From Lama glama (taxonomy: Eukaryota), in NCBI GenBank assembly GCA_028534125.1, contig CM052817.1, forward strand, positions 54,934,001 through 54,998,000: a stretch of 64,000 nt of DNA, given 5' to 3'. Below the pieces are notes generated by a model. It saw nothing but the letters and a program-made list of their open reading frames with translations. It was not told where the DNA came from and searched no databases. Below are positions 47,219-59,493 of this stretch, piece by piece (position 1 is the first letter of the stretch; each line of letters starts with the position of its first letter). The position numbers and the translations under genes were made by a program.

Positions 47219-47848
47219 TGAAACAGGAAGGGGGCAGGGCACAACCATTCAAGGAATGATACAGCAATTAACGTCAAAATAGTGGAAGATTCAACCCCCA
47301 TTAGGCCTTGAGGCTCAAGATGGTGGGAGATTTGACTTCTAGCAGATCTTGAGCTTCATTATATGTCCATTGTAATATATTAACATGGTGAGTAACATGC
47401 CCACAGGTGCCATGGCAGTCCCAAGGCTAGTCACAAAAGGTCTAAGAGTGGGAAATGGCCAACTTCCTGAGAATCCCAGCCACTTCCCCAGATTAGTTAG
47501 ACTGGTCCTTCCACTTATTAGCATATGAAGCCACCAAGCCCATAAAAACTGGCAACACTGTGCCTCCCGGCCCCTGGTCTCTCTCTCTCTGTTCGGAGAT
47601 GGCCCGCGCTCTGTCTATGGAGTGTGTACCGACTTTTATTCTGAGCACCCATCCCCGACACCTCGTGGCCTTTCTCTTGCCTTTTGATGCCTCTCTAAAT
47701 AAATCTACCTTTACTCAACTGTGGCTCACTCTCGAATTCTTTCCTGTGTGAAGCCAAGGACCCACACTTGGCGGGGCACGTCCCAGAGGTTCAACCAAAG
47801 CCTGGGACACAGCCCTCCTCACGCCCCACATCTGTTTTTCCTGCATCA
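47219..47848 (+). mobile_element. ERV1-class solo LTR, relatively young
   Basis: TG...CA ends with inverted termini (tgaaacagga / tcctgcatca); 4-bp TSD ccag/ctag (1 mismatch); TATA-like cataaaaa at ~47542; AATAAA at ~47698; more GC and CpG than the flanks. Confidence 0.88.
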
Positions 47849-48581
47849 CTAGGACACAGAAATCTATGTGCAGCAACTGAGAAGTTCACTTATAAAGATC
47901 AGAAAGAAAGTGAATGTGACCAATTGTGATGTTCATTTTGAGAATCCAGATTGAGACCACATTCTCACTATTTTCAGTGGTTTTATTAATCTGATAAAAA
48001 GTGTGTGGAACATGAGAGCATTATGAGAAACACAACTTTTTGTTTCTTTTTTTACATTCTCACCAGATAGAGAGTTTAGCAGTAACTTAATTAAACTGTA
48101 TTCACCTTCATATCACAGGGTATATAAAAGTATGTGTTTCAATATAAGTGCTAATTAAATGTTTGGCAGTGAATGAATGACCCCCTTAGGATTAGAGAAC
48201 AAAGAAGCACATGAAGCCTTTAAAGTATATAATAGGCACATCAAAAATTGGGGACCATTATAGAAAATGAATCCAACATAAATAATGTGATAAAGGCATT
48301 TACAGTGGACATGAGAAGAAAATTCAGTAATTCTTAATGTTTTAGGGTCATTGACCTTTTGAGAGACTGAAGAAAAATGGATATACACACAAATACACTC
48401 TCAGATATTTGCTTTCAACTCAGGAGAATTAGATACCATTTAAGGCCCTTTCTTGGGCCCATGAGTGTTTTGTCTTTCTTTTTCATGTATGATAACTAGA
48501 TTTATCCATTCTGTCTTCAATAATTATGGTTTACTCCTGTGTACTAGTGTAACTATCCATTGTTCTCGCAATGCAGGAAAT

Positions 48582-49682
48582 CAATAAAATGAAAAAGCAA
48601 CCTACTGAATGGAAGAAAATATTTGCAAATCATATGTGATATGTGGTTAATATCCAAAATATGTAAAAAATATATATATACAACTCAATAGCAAAGGACA
48701 AATCCAACTAAAAATGTGAGAGGACCTGAACTAAATGTTTTTCCAAAGAAGACGTACAGATGGCCAGCAGGTACCTACTCAACATCACTCATCATAAGGG
48801 AAATGCAAATCAAAACCACAATGAGATATCACCTCATGCCTGTTAGAATGAACATTATCAAAAAGACAGGAAATAACAAGTGTTGGTGTGGATGTGGAGA
48901 ATAGGGAACATTTATGAGCACTTGTGGATGTACAAATTTGGGCAGCCACTATGGAAACCGTATGGAGTTTTCTCAAAAAGTTAAAAGTTGAACTATCATA
49001 TTCTCTAGCAATTACACTTGTATGTATTCATCTGAAGAATATGAAAACACTAACTCCGAAATATATCTGCATCTCCATGTTCGGTGCAGCATTATTTATA
49101 GTAGTCAAGACAGGGAAACATTCTAAGCGTTCATCAATAGATGAAAAGGTAACAAAAAGAAAAAGAAAACATATATATACACACAATGGCTGGTAAGCCA
49201 TAAAAAGAAGGAAATCTTGTTCTTTGCCACAACATGGATGGAACTTGATGGCATTATGCCATGTGAAATGTATCAGACAAAGATAAATACTGTATGATTT
49301 CACTTACACGTGGAATCTAGGGATAAAAAACCAATCTCATACATACAGAAAGCAGATTGGTGGTTGTCAGAGGCAGGGTGTGGGTTGGGCAAAATGGGTG
49401 AAGGGAATCAAAATGTACATGCTTTCAGTTATAAAATAAATAAGTCCTAGGGATGTAAAAAGTCTAGCATGGTGACTATAGTTAATAATATTGTATTGTG
49501 TATTGAAAGATGCTAAGAGAGTAGGTTTTAAATGTTTCCACATCAAGATAAGAAAATTTGTAACTGTATATGGTGACGGGTGTTAACTAGACTTACTGTG
49601 ATCATTTTGCAGTATATACAAATACTGAATCATTATGTTGTATAACTGTATGTAATGTGTCAGTTATATTTCAATTAAAAAA
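48582..49682 (+). mobile_element. 5'-truncated LINE-1 (L1MA-like) ORF2 end and 3'UTR
   Basis: ORFs 48716-48904 and 48924-49196 are the L1 ORF2 C-terminus; A-tail present; TSD aatgcaggaaat (48570-48581) / aatgaaggaaat (49683-49694). Confidence 0.92.
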
Positions 49683-50539
49683 AATGAAGGAAATTTCCCT
49701 CTAATTGTAAACTATCCCTCTCCATCAGGAGATAACATACTTCTGCCTAGAATAACACAAACAGAATGTTTTCATATCACTAGAACTCTAGGAGATAACA
49801 GGCCACCAGTGCCACCTTGGGCTGCAAGTTTCTGGAACTTGAAAAGGAGACTTCTCTATCCTAGTTCTTGCTTTGGCAGTGTTCTCAAGTGTCAGCATAT
49901 GATGGTGGGCATGGCATTGGTCTAAGCCACCTTTTGTGTTCCTAAATAATAAGGCTGAGATGCTGTCCTCCTTCACCACAGAGCCCTGGACACTCATCTA
50001 TCAACCAGCTTGCCTGGGTGTACCTACTATGTGCAGGCCTTTACAAAACAAGTCACCTCTTTATGTAGTTTTTAAGATAGTGGAGGGAAAGATGATATGC
50101 AAGATAAGATTAATAAAAACTCTGATACTATCAAAGCAAAAGGTACTCGCCCAAGGTCACAGACTCCAGAAGACATCCATCCAGGACTTAATTACATTAC
50201 CCTGAGTTAAGATACAAACATTTAGCAGGGCTAAATTCACTGGGACCTGGCCAGCACTAGTCCAGTCTCTTATCTCTGCAACTGGTGCTTCTGGATCCAT
50301 ATCCATCTTATGTTTCCAGATAGCACACTGCTCATTATGGTCTCCAGGCCTTTGCATAGACTGATGCATGTGCTGGTAACACTCTGTCCAGCCCCCACCC
50401 TCTTCACTTGACTGATCACTGGCCACTCTTTTGTTCAAAGCATTAAAAAACAAAACTGTCACCCTATTGGGAAGGTATAGATTATATGCTCACTCTATTA
50501 ATACATTTGAGTATAAACCTACATAGGCACATATTTGTC

Positions 50540-50562
50540 CACACACACACACACACACACAC
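50540..50562. repeat. (CA)11 microsatellite
   Basis: Perfect CA run. Confidence 0.95.
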
Positions 50563-50574
50563 TGAGTATGCACA

Positions 50575-51480
50575 GTACAATCAGTCAAGTCTTCAATCAT
50601 AGAAACAGACTAGCAGGAGATATAATTTAAGGGATCTATTACAGGGAATTGGCTTGCAGGATGTTAGGGTTTGGCTGAGCAAGTCCAAATTCCCTGAGGC
50701 AGGCTATTAGGAAAGGCAGGCTGGAATCATACTGGCCATGAATGAAACTGCTGTCCACAGGTTGAATTTCTTCATCAGGGAAACCTCAGCTCTGCTCTCA
50801 GGGCATTTCAGATGATTAAATCAATCACATCCAGATTATTTGGGAAAATCTTTTGCTTAAAGTGACTGATTATAGATTTCAATCACATCTATGGAAATAC
50901 CTTCAGAGCAATACCTATGTTAGTGTTTGATTGAATAACTAGGGGCTGTAGGCTAGCAGAATTCACACATTAAGAAAGTTGTAGTATATTTATACAAAGG
51001 AATACTGCTCAGCTATGAAAAAATAAAATAAAATAATGCCATTTGTAGCAACATGGATGGACCTAGAGATTGTCATTCTAAGTGAAGTAAGCCAGAAAGA
51101 GAAGGAAAAATACCATATATCACTCATATGTGAAATCCAAAAAAAAAAGACAAACACACTAACTTACAAAACAGAAACAGACATAGAAAACAAACTTATG
51201 GTTACCAGGGCAAGAAGAGGGAGGGAAGGGATAAATTGGGAGTTCAGGATTTGCAGATACTAACTAATACATATAAAATAGATAAACAACAAGTTTAAAC
51301 TGTATAGCACAGGGAACTATATTCAATATCTTGTAGTAACTTATGGTTAAAAAGAATATGAAAACAAATAAACATATGTATATGTATGACTGAAGTATTA
51401 TGCTGTACACCAGAAATTGATACAACATTGTAAACTGACTATACTTCAATAAAAATATATAAAAAAAAGGAAACATCACA
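50575..51480 (-). mobile_element. MLT2-type ERVL LTR, interrupted near its end by a young L1
   Basis: 'ggaattggcttgca...aatcacatctatggaaataccttcagagcaatacc...ttagtgtttgattgaataact'; the terminal 'catcaca' is displaced to 51474-51480. Confidence 0.78.
50975..51469 (+). mobile_element. Young LINE-1 3' end (same family as 2077, 5133, 11810)
   Basis: ORF 51036-51263 begins with the ORF2 terminal motif MPFVATWMDLEIVILSEVSQKEK; ends cttcaataaaaatatataaaaaaaa. Confidence 0.93.
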
Positions 51481-52419
51481 ATAGTATGCACAGTTTGGGA
51501 GCTGATGTCACTTTTTTAGTTATATAATACCACATCTCTTTTCCTGATTATAGTTAGCATCTAATATCCAAGACTGAGTTTTGGGATCCTTGGCTCCAAA
51601 AATATTATAAGTGCATTAATAAATATTTTCAGAATTATATTGAATACACATGAAAATCATGGAAATAGTAGAGCATCTGTTTTATATTACTGAGGTAATT
51701 ATCCAAACATATTTACTTGTATTTTGTGGCTTTATGTTTTAATATAAGCCCAGGCTATTTTTCCAGCATCCTAGAACAATTGTATTATAATGCTTTTTCA
51801 CTTAAAGATTTAATATATATGTATATACATACAAATATATTATATGTATGTACCAATTAGATTACACTAGTAATATAAATCTTATTCCTATTTTATGCTC
51901 CCAGCCAATGAAAGCCAGTGAATAAATCTGTGGTATACATCCTTGGTCAAAAGGTTTTTTGCACCACTTCAACACCGAGCCTATAAGCACTAGACTGAGC
52001 CATCATAAATTCAGTAAGATGTAAAATATTTGCTGTTTACTGTGGTTTCATGTTAATTAATATTTTCCAATTTGTATGCAAGTGATAGCAATATTAGCAC
52101 TGTTCAATACATCCAAAAAGCGAATTTCAAGAAGATTCAAGGAATATATAATATAGCACACAGAGCTAAGGTTGAATTGGAAATTACAAATTTATGTAAG
52201 TATCCACACATGTTAGGAACTTAATAAATATAACTTTTCCTGGGAAAATTACTCAATAATCATGTAACTGTAGCTGAAAGTAACTATGATCTAAGGCATG
52301 TCATTACCTCAGTAGATGCAAAGAGATGAGAAGAGTGATCACCAATCTACGAAGCGAGAACTTAGAGCTGATTTTAAGAGTTCCTTTGGTGGGGATGCAT
52401 GACCTCTCCTCTGACTCCA

Positions 52420-53040
52420 GGCAAAATACGATATGCAAGTGCTAAGACATTTTTAATATGAGCACTGTTGTCTGTGTATTTGGTGCTGCATTTTCGGTGG
52501 ATAGGGCAACCTACTACTGAGAGTTCATTATCCTTACACAACATAAAAACCAAATTAAAAGTTCCTAGAGTAGTCACCTGAGAGGTGAGCATGATACCTG
52601 ATAACAGCACAGTCATGGAGGACAGCAGAAAAAGGTCTACTGTCGTCCCAAATACATTGTTATGTGCAAAAGAAAGGCACAGATGAGAAGAGAAAGGAAA
52701 CCCTTCATGAAAGATGGGACGTTGGATATGATCACAAAGAAAGTGCAGAGTTTGCCTAAACAAAGAGGAGGCAAAGCCTTCTTGTTGAAGGAGGAGGTTG
52801 GCAGCTACAGTGTTCCTAGTAGACCTTCAGACTTGAATAGGGCAGCCTGGTTGCTGTGGAAGATTTGGGTACAGAAAGCAGGGGAAGAAGTTGGGAAAGT
52901 AGGCTGTGACCAAACTGTGGAGGAGCATCAATACCAGGAAACAAAGTTGGAATTTATCCTTACAGGTAACGACTCCTCAGAGAGCCATCAGCACTGTAAG
53001 TGGTGACAAGAATAACTGAACATGAGAATTTGAGAGAACA
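52420..53040 (-). mobile_element. Degraded L2
   Basis: L2-like 3' end and purine-rich body ('gttgggaaagtaggctgtgaccaaactgtggagg...aagttggaatttatcct'). Confidence 0.55.
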
Positions 53041-53319
53041 CTTTAACTTAATAAATGTATCACATGTATCACTTACCATAATGGACAGAATAAAATGATT
53101 TATTTTAATGCTGGTAGTAACACATGAGGCCAGTGTTCTAATGAAAATGATTTGGTTTAATGAATTAACTTGTAAACCTACTGGGCAAGATATCTAATGC
53201 TATGTCAGGTGCTAGGCTTAGCATACAGCCACTTTTCAAAAAGTGAAATGTAATAATGGGACTTGTCAAGACCCTGAAGTAATAAATGTCATTAAACCCA
53301 AGAGCCAAGGAGATTGCTT

Positions 53320-53830
53320 TGCTTTCATTGACTCAGAGACCTAAAATCCCAGTTTCTCGGGAAAACCTAAAAGCCTGTTAATAAATTTACATTTAAAAGA
53401 ATGAATACATTATTTAAAGCCTGATTCAGGCCTCCCCATCCTAAAGGACAGGAAGTTTTACCTACAGTGATTGGTCTTTCAAAGATGTATGGGAACGCCC
53501 CTCTCCTAATCACCAAATTAAATAGAATTTGCTAGCATTGGTTTAATCAGTACCCTGTAATCAAATCAGGCATGAAATCAAGTTTTGATTATACATTATT
53601 CTCCCTATTACGAACAAATTGCCAAATCACTGGAAACGCCCCTAAGTACGGGGGAGGATGGCAAAGGATGGGGGAGGCAAATAGTTTATTTAGTAAAACA
53701 GAGAAATACAATTAGATTTCACCCAGTTTACAGTTATTTAGCCTTCTTTTTTGAGCTCTCCTGACAGAACTGGTTTTTTTCCTATAACATTTCTTCAGGC
53801 TGCCCTCAAAAGGCAGAAACACGTGGACAT
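53320..53830. promoter_or_regulatory. Candidate enhancer/promoter-like motif cluster
   Basis: Repeat-free block with AP-1, STAT6-type, ETS, two CCAAT, TCF, two KLF/SP (AACGCCCCT) and CACGTG motifs. Motif inspection only. Confidence 0.4.
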
Positions 53831-54014
53831 AAAACTACTTGCTTTCTATGAAATTTTTTCTAAAAATGCTTTAAAATGTACCACCATATTTTAAAAGCAA
53901 AGACTAAGACTTTCTACTTTTCTATAACTATTCTTATTTAATTTTCCAATTAAAAGTGTTGTTTTTTTTAAAAAAGAACAGTTAATTTAAAAAATTTTGC
54001 TTTTTTTCTAGATA

Positions 54015-54210
54015 AAGTCATGTTTAGGGCTAAACACCATGCCAAATCTTTTACTTACATATTCACATTAAATTCTAACAACCCTATGAAGAAGGGTTCC
54101 ATTTTACAGGTAAGAAAAAGGAGGTTAACATTCTGGTCATAAAGCTACTAAGTAGCAAATGTGAAATCAAAATGTGCTTGACTCCAGAGTCCTGTTTTCT
54201 ATATTATCAC
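54015..54210 (-). mobile_element. MIR SINE
   Basis: 'attctaacaaccctatgaag...ccattttacaggtaagaaa...gaggttaa...ggtcataaagctactaagtagca...tgactccagagtcc'. Confidence 0.75.
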
Positions 54211-54759
54211 TATAAAAGCCATTTTCCCATTGCACGATTTATATATTTGCACCTGTTCAGGATGCCAGAAAGGCAGTTGATGGGTATGGGAAAAAGTACC
54301 CTCTCACGCTAGCACACCTCTAATAAATTAAATCTTTTCAAACCTACAAATCAAAGATTTTGATTGACACATCAACTCATTCAATTAAAAAGTTTGTTGA
54401 AGACTTAATGTGTTTCTGCATCAATTCAACAACGTACAATTATTCCACATAGTCTAGTATGCTTTATTACAGGGCTTCATGGTGTGGAAATTTTTTAAAA
54501 AATGCATCTATTACTAACTTCATTTTAGTTTTAGTAAAACTGGGAATGGAAAAGGTAAGTGATCTGCTGACTACTGTTCAATTGTTTATTGCAGAATTTT
54601 GCTCTGAAAGACAATTTTATGCAGAACACACAATTGAGTATTTCATTATCCAGAAAGAAAACTTAGACATAGTCTGGAGACCTCAAAAATCTTATTATTT
54701 CTACAAGACATTTATTACATTTTAAACAAGTAGAAATACAAGAAAACTTTGTAATTTGT

Positions 54760-55140
54760 TTAATGGAGATTATGGTTGAAGACCATGACTAGAATAATTT
54801 AATGAGTAAATCTCAGAAATGATCAATGGACAGAAAAGCACATCAAAGCAAATGTGGCCAAGTGAATGACAAGAATAAATCATTTGGGTTGAGAAGTGAC
54901 AAGAAATTTTAAAAGAAAAGGATATTGTCTGAAAGCAGCAAGAGCAAAGTGTGGCCTATAATTTCTTCTGGTTATCAGAAAAAGATAATGCTACATCCAG
55001 AATTCTGAAGGGAAAAATTATACCCCTAGAATTGAATGTTCAATTAAACCATCATTTATGTGAGGAGAACTAAAAATCTTCTCAGACATGTACAGACAGA
55101 ATCATTTACAAGAACCTGTTCTGAAAATATGAGCTTACTG
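54760..55140 (+). mobile_element. Ancient L1/HAL1 ORF1 remnant
   Basis: 'aattctgaagggaaaaatta..cccctagaatt...aaaccatcatttatgtgagga...ttctcagacatg' is the ORF1 C-terminal signature. Confidence 0.55.
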
Positions 55141-55189
55141 TACTTTTAGAAAATATACACTAAAACGAGACAGGTAATAAGTGTTTGTC

Positions 55190-55620
55190 TTCATCAGTCC
55201 AACAATATTTATTGCACTTTAACGATGTACTAAGCCCTGCAAGCAGGAGAAGGGTGTACAAAAGTGATCAAGACTAATTTTTTTCCCCACAAAGAGCTCA
55301 GGAAACAATAGAGTAGCAAATAACAATGTAAGAGGATAAGGGCCAAAGGAAAGGCACAGTTCGCACAATATCCCACAAAGGGGATACATTTGTGGAAAAA
55401 ATAGACTCTGCCTAGCAGGAGAAAGGGAAGGGGGTGATCTCAGGGTGTTTTAGACAAGGTGTCACCTTCACAAATATGTCACCTTTACAAATGAGTAGGA
55501 GTTTGCTGCATGGAAAAGGGGACAGGTTAGATGAAGAACAGAAAAGGGACCAGCAGGTAGATAGAGTAGCATAAACAAAGGCAAAGAAATTAATTCTAAA
55601 ATAGCTAAGGTAAAGCAAGA
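55190..55620 (-). mobile_element. L2 3' fragment
   Basis: 'tcatcagtccaacaatatttattgcact..acgatgtactaagccctg'. Confidence 0.55.
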
Positions 55621-57284
55621 CCTGAAGAACACACAGAAGTTAATTATCTATTTTAGTTACTGCGTTTTACCAAACAGTGTTTCATTCATTCAAAACGGTA
55701 AGCCTCATACTACTTTCATGAAAGTATGTAAATGATTTTTCCTTTTTCTTTTTTAAGCCACAGACTTTTAGTTAATTTCTGGAGATTCTTTTGTTTGGGT
55801 AGAGTACCTACATTATTATATTTCTTGACTTAGAGGAGCAAATTTTAAAAAATCCCTCAATTAAGTTCACTCTGAACACCTGTGTTAGAGAAGTAATTAA
55901 CCATGGACTTAACATCAATACTTTGTGTCCCAGAACAGACTAAGCAGTCTTTTTCAAAATGAGCACACAGATAGATACTCATTGGTTATTTCAATACGTG
56001 TTGTACAGCTGCTCACTTTCTATTAACCTACCTAGGGCTTCAGATTTAAAATGATACCAGGAGTTGAAAAAACACATACATAATAAAAAAATGTCCCATC
56101 GCTCTTTCAAACAAGTTTTAAAAGCACACTAGTAGTATAAATAGAAACGTATTAGAATATCCATTGTTAATTTTGTACAGAAGGGTCTCTTACGATATTT
56201 TTCCACTTTGAAAAAAATTGCTTAGAATCCTATGGATCAGTGCATTTAGAAGTTACAAGTTTGTCACTCAGTTTGAAGTCCTTATTACCATCTGGCAATG
56301 AACTTTTGTTTCTTTTCTCATCCTGGTACACTCATGCTGATAACAGAGAATGCAGCCAGGCATGTACAGCCCCACACCCACGCTTCAGTTAAAAACTTTC
56401 TTCCTGTCCCATGAAGCCAGCATTGCTGAACTGCAATCTTTCTCTGTGTACAGAGATACTCTTTTGAAGCATACCATGACATCAAATTCAATGTCATTTT
56501 CAAGTAGATTAAGGTGCCTTCACAGTGCCAATATTGATAAACAGCCACTGTTGTAGAGATGATGGGTTTTCTATTTTTTTTTTAAAGCAACCAGTGCACA
56601 TATTTGGACGCAACAAACACCTCCCTTTCTATACAGAACTTACAAAAGACTCCACAGGATCCCTGGCTTCATGGGCTCTGCGCTAGCAGGCCTAATTACT
56701 CCTACTGTGGCAAGCATATGTCTCCACCGTTCATGAACAGTTTACAGCTTTGTCAGGCATCAATTGCAGCAAATGTCTGGTTTTCTGTATTTGATTATAC
56801 CTTTTGTTCATTCTTTTCCTCAAAGCCTTTATGTCAGAGGTTTTCAAGGACTAACACAGAAAAGGGCAAGTGGGAAGCAAAATGTGCACACAGGTCACGT
56901 CTTCAGACCCCATCTATGACCCTAACAGGGCTCACAATATTGGGGATCACTGGGTTTTCTGTCCTTTGAACCTATTCCAAGGATATTTGGAATAGAGTAA
57001 CCCTCTAAACTGGTTTCTAAATATAAACATGTTACAAGCTTTACTTTTCTTAGCAGATACCTATTGACATTTTTCACTGTCTCAGCACAGGTTTTGCATA
57101 GAACAAGTACATGCACAAATTCTGGAGATTTTGACATTAGCATTCTACTAGATCTATATGTAACAATATAAAGAGGCTAAGAGCTTCGTGTTGACAAAGA
57201 CAAGATTTCTGTTGCTATTGGTGACATAATGTTTTTTCATTTAAATTATAAGCTCTTTTGCAGGCTAACATTTATATCCAACCT

Positions 57285-57934
57285 ATTTTAGACCTTGATC
57301 CCTAGAAAACAAAACCTGAGGCAAGGATTATTGCTAGTCTTTGATTTAGGTGGTACAATCAAAAGACAAGAAGAATAAGGGAAATGGTAGGTGAAACAGG
57401 GAAGCATGGGAAGCAATGCAAGTGGTACTTCATCAAATTCACCAATAAATGCAAAGAGATGCATCCAGCTGCTCAGCGGGTTCACCTATTCTGCAGCATA
57501 GGACGTATCTCCCCAGCAAGGTGTAGCCAATAGTCGGGGAGGGGGCTAGGAAAAAGGGCAAATTCGTTTGCCCAAATCTCTGTAGACTTCTTTATCAATG
57601 GCCAATGTTTCCCCATAGGGAAAAAGCTCCACTTTACTTCCAATATGTATGTGCTAGCCTTTCTTTATTTAGTTAGGAAGCCAGACCTCATGCTCTATGG
57701 TGGGTGCCTCATTCAATTGGTAAGTGGTGAGAGAAATCATGAAGTGAGGTCATGTGGCAGATTGGTGTGACTATATGGAGATAAACTAAGAAGGTCCAGC
57801 TCCACTAAGCAAACGTCTAGTCTACTCCAGGCAGCAAAACCACATGGGCTTAAGCTATTATACTCAGTGGCTAAGGGTCTGGGAAATGATGGTCCTGAGT
57901 GAATAGGAGGAGGCACTTGAAATCTGTCCAATAC
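57285..57934 (-). mobile_element. Old ERVL LTR (LTR40/LTR41-like)
   Basis: 'ccctagaaaacaaaacctgaggcaaggatt...tttgatttaggtggtacaatc...gtgaaacagggaag' start and '...gtccaatac' end. Confidence 0.55.
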
Positions 57935-58749
57935 TCATTAAACCCTGTAGGATGTATTTACTGCATTGTTTCTGTTAGTTCTTTATGATGCTGCCTATCA
58001 GGAAAGAGGTACATGATTATTGATGATGAGGAGAGTGATAGTCAAAACGGCAAGTTCTTAGGTTGAAAAATAATATTAATACTTTATATTCACTGGTTAT
58101 CAGTTAGTAGATACTTTATATGGGTAACAATTAAGTCAAGGCCAGAAATAAAATAGCCAGTATTATTGGAGAGCCTATGCTGTAGGAATTGGTCTAATTT
58201 CTGTGGATAGAAAACTGATTAAAACTGAAACTTCACACTCAAGATTTACAGCTTAACAGGAGTTACATGAAAGTATATTAAAAAGTATGATCTTAATAAT
58301 TATAAATAAAAGTAACCTCAGGATATTATTGGATTACAGAAGAGGAAAATTCAAAAAAGACTTGGGGGTAGCACCGATTCTTTAAGGGAAAAGTTAACCC
58401 AGTCTCAAAGGAAAAGAAAAGAGTTAATCAGGTGAATAAAGCAGACAAACTCATTACAGGAAATGACAACAGATTGTTCAAACAATTGGAGGAATGAAAG
58501 TGTTCCGTGTATTATGAGATCAGCAAGATGTTGTACTTAAGGAAACAGTAAGAGTTGAGATTGGGGCCTTGTGTGATCAGCTTAAGAACTTTAGTTCAGT
58601 CCCCAAGGCAGTGGGGGCCTGTCAATAGATTCACAAATCAGTGACAATACAGGTTTTGAGTTTTGGAATATTACGCTAGTTGTAGAACAAAACTAACTGG
58701 AAATGTCCAAGGAGTGGAAGAGACTAGTCAGGACTTTGTTGTGTGGATG

Positions 58750-59301
58750 TGTGGAAATAAATGAAGACCAACCAAATGAGAACAAGCAAGGTTATTTATT
58801 CAGAGCTTCCTATAGCAAGGGAGTCAGCTACCATCACTTGCATTCTGGCTGAGACTCAAAGGAGACAGAGGTGTAGGAAAGCTTTATAATGAAAAAAGGG
58901 AAGACCTCAGGTATGCCCTGAGGAGGCCGTTGGCATGGGGAAGCTGGAGGTGGGCTAACTAGAAATGGGCATCCTGTGTGATTGGTTAGTGGTGCTTATT
59001 TGGCTTTATCTGGTTGGTCCTAAGTTAGAATCGGGGCAGAAATTAGGGAAGCTAGCAGTTACTAATCAAGTCCTAACCATTTGGGGCCAATTTTTATAGA
59101 AGTTACTGTTTAGCTTCCTGGATCGTTACTAGAGATAGTGTTCTGAGTTCCTGTAAGTCTGATTTATGACTGATTGGCTCCCTGGGTTTGTTATTGTACA
59201 TAAAAGGGTTGGTTTTCTGGACAGGTTGCTGCGTGTTGTGAGATAAATTCCTATTTTTATACATTGTCTGGCCATTGTTCATTTGTATATTCAGTTTCTC
59301 A
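58750..59301 (-). mobile_element. ERV1 solo LTR, MER89-like
   Basis: The minus strand begins tgagaaactgaatatacaaatgaacaatggccagac and ends ...tttatttccaca; 4-bp TSD gatg/gttg (1 mismatch). Confidence 0.8.
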
Positions 59302-59493
59302 GTTGGTCTAGTCCAATTATCACATAGAGACTAAAGAAAAGTAGTAGCAGTGAGGATGGGATTACAAAGATTTTAGAAGAAGCTATAATGTAATTTTTGT
59401 AATAATGTGTATGTGAAAGAAAAGATACAGACATATTTGTATTTGAGGTTAAATTACATTTGGTGTAGCAGTAATCAGAGCAAGAGGAACACA

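Noticed and set aside
52374..53006. ORFs of 129 and 114 aa
   Set aside because: They lie in degraded L2 sequence and show no protein similarity that I recognise.
54100..54116. ttttacag|gtaaga recursive-splice-like motif
   Set aside because: It is a point variant of the MIR core (ccattttacagatgag) with a short pyrimidine tract.
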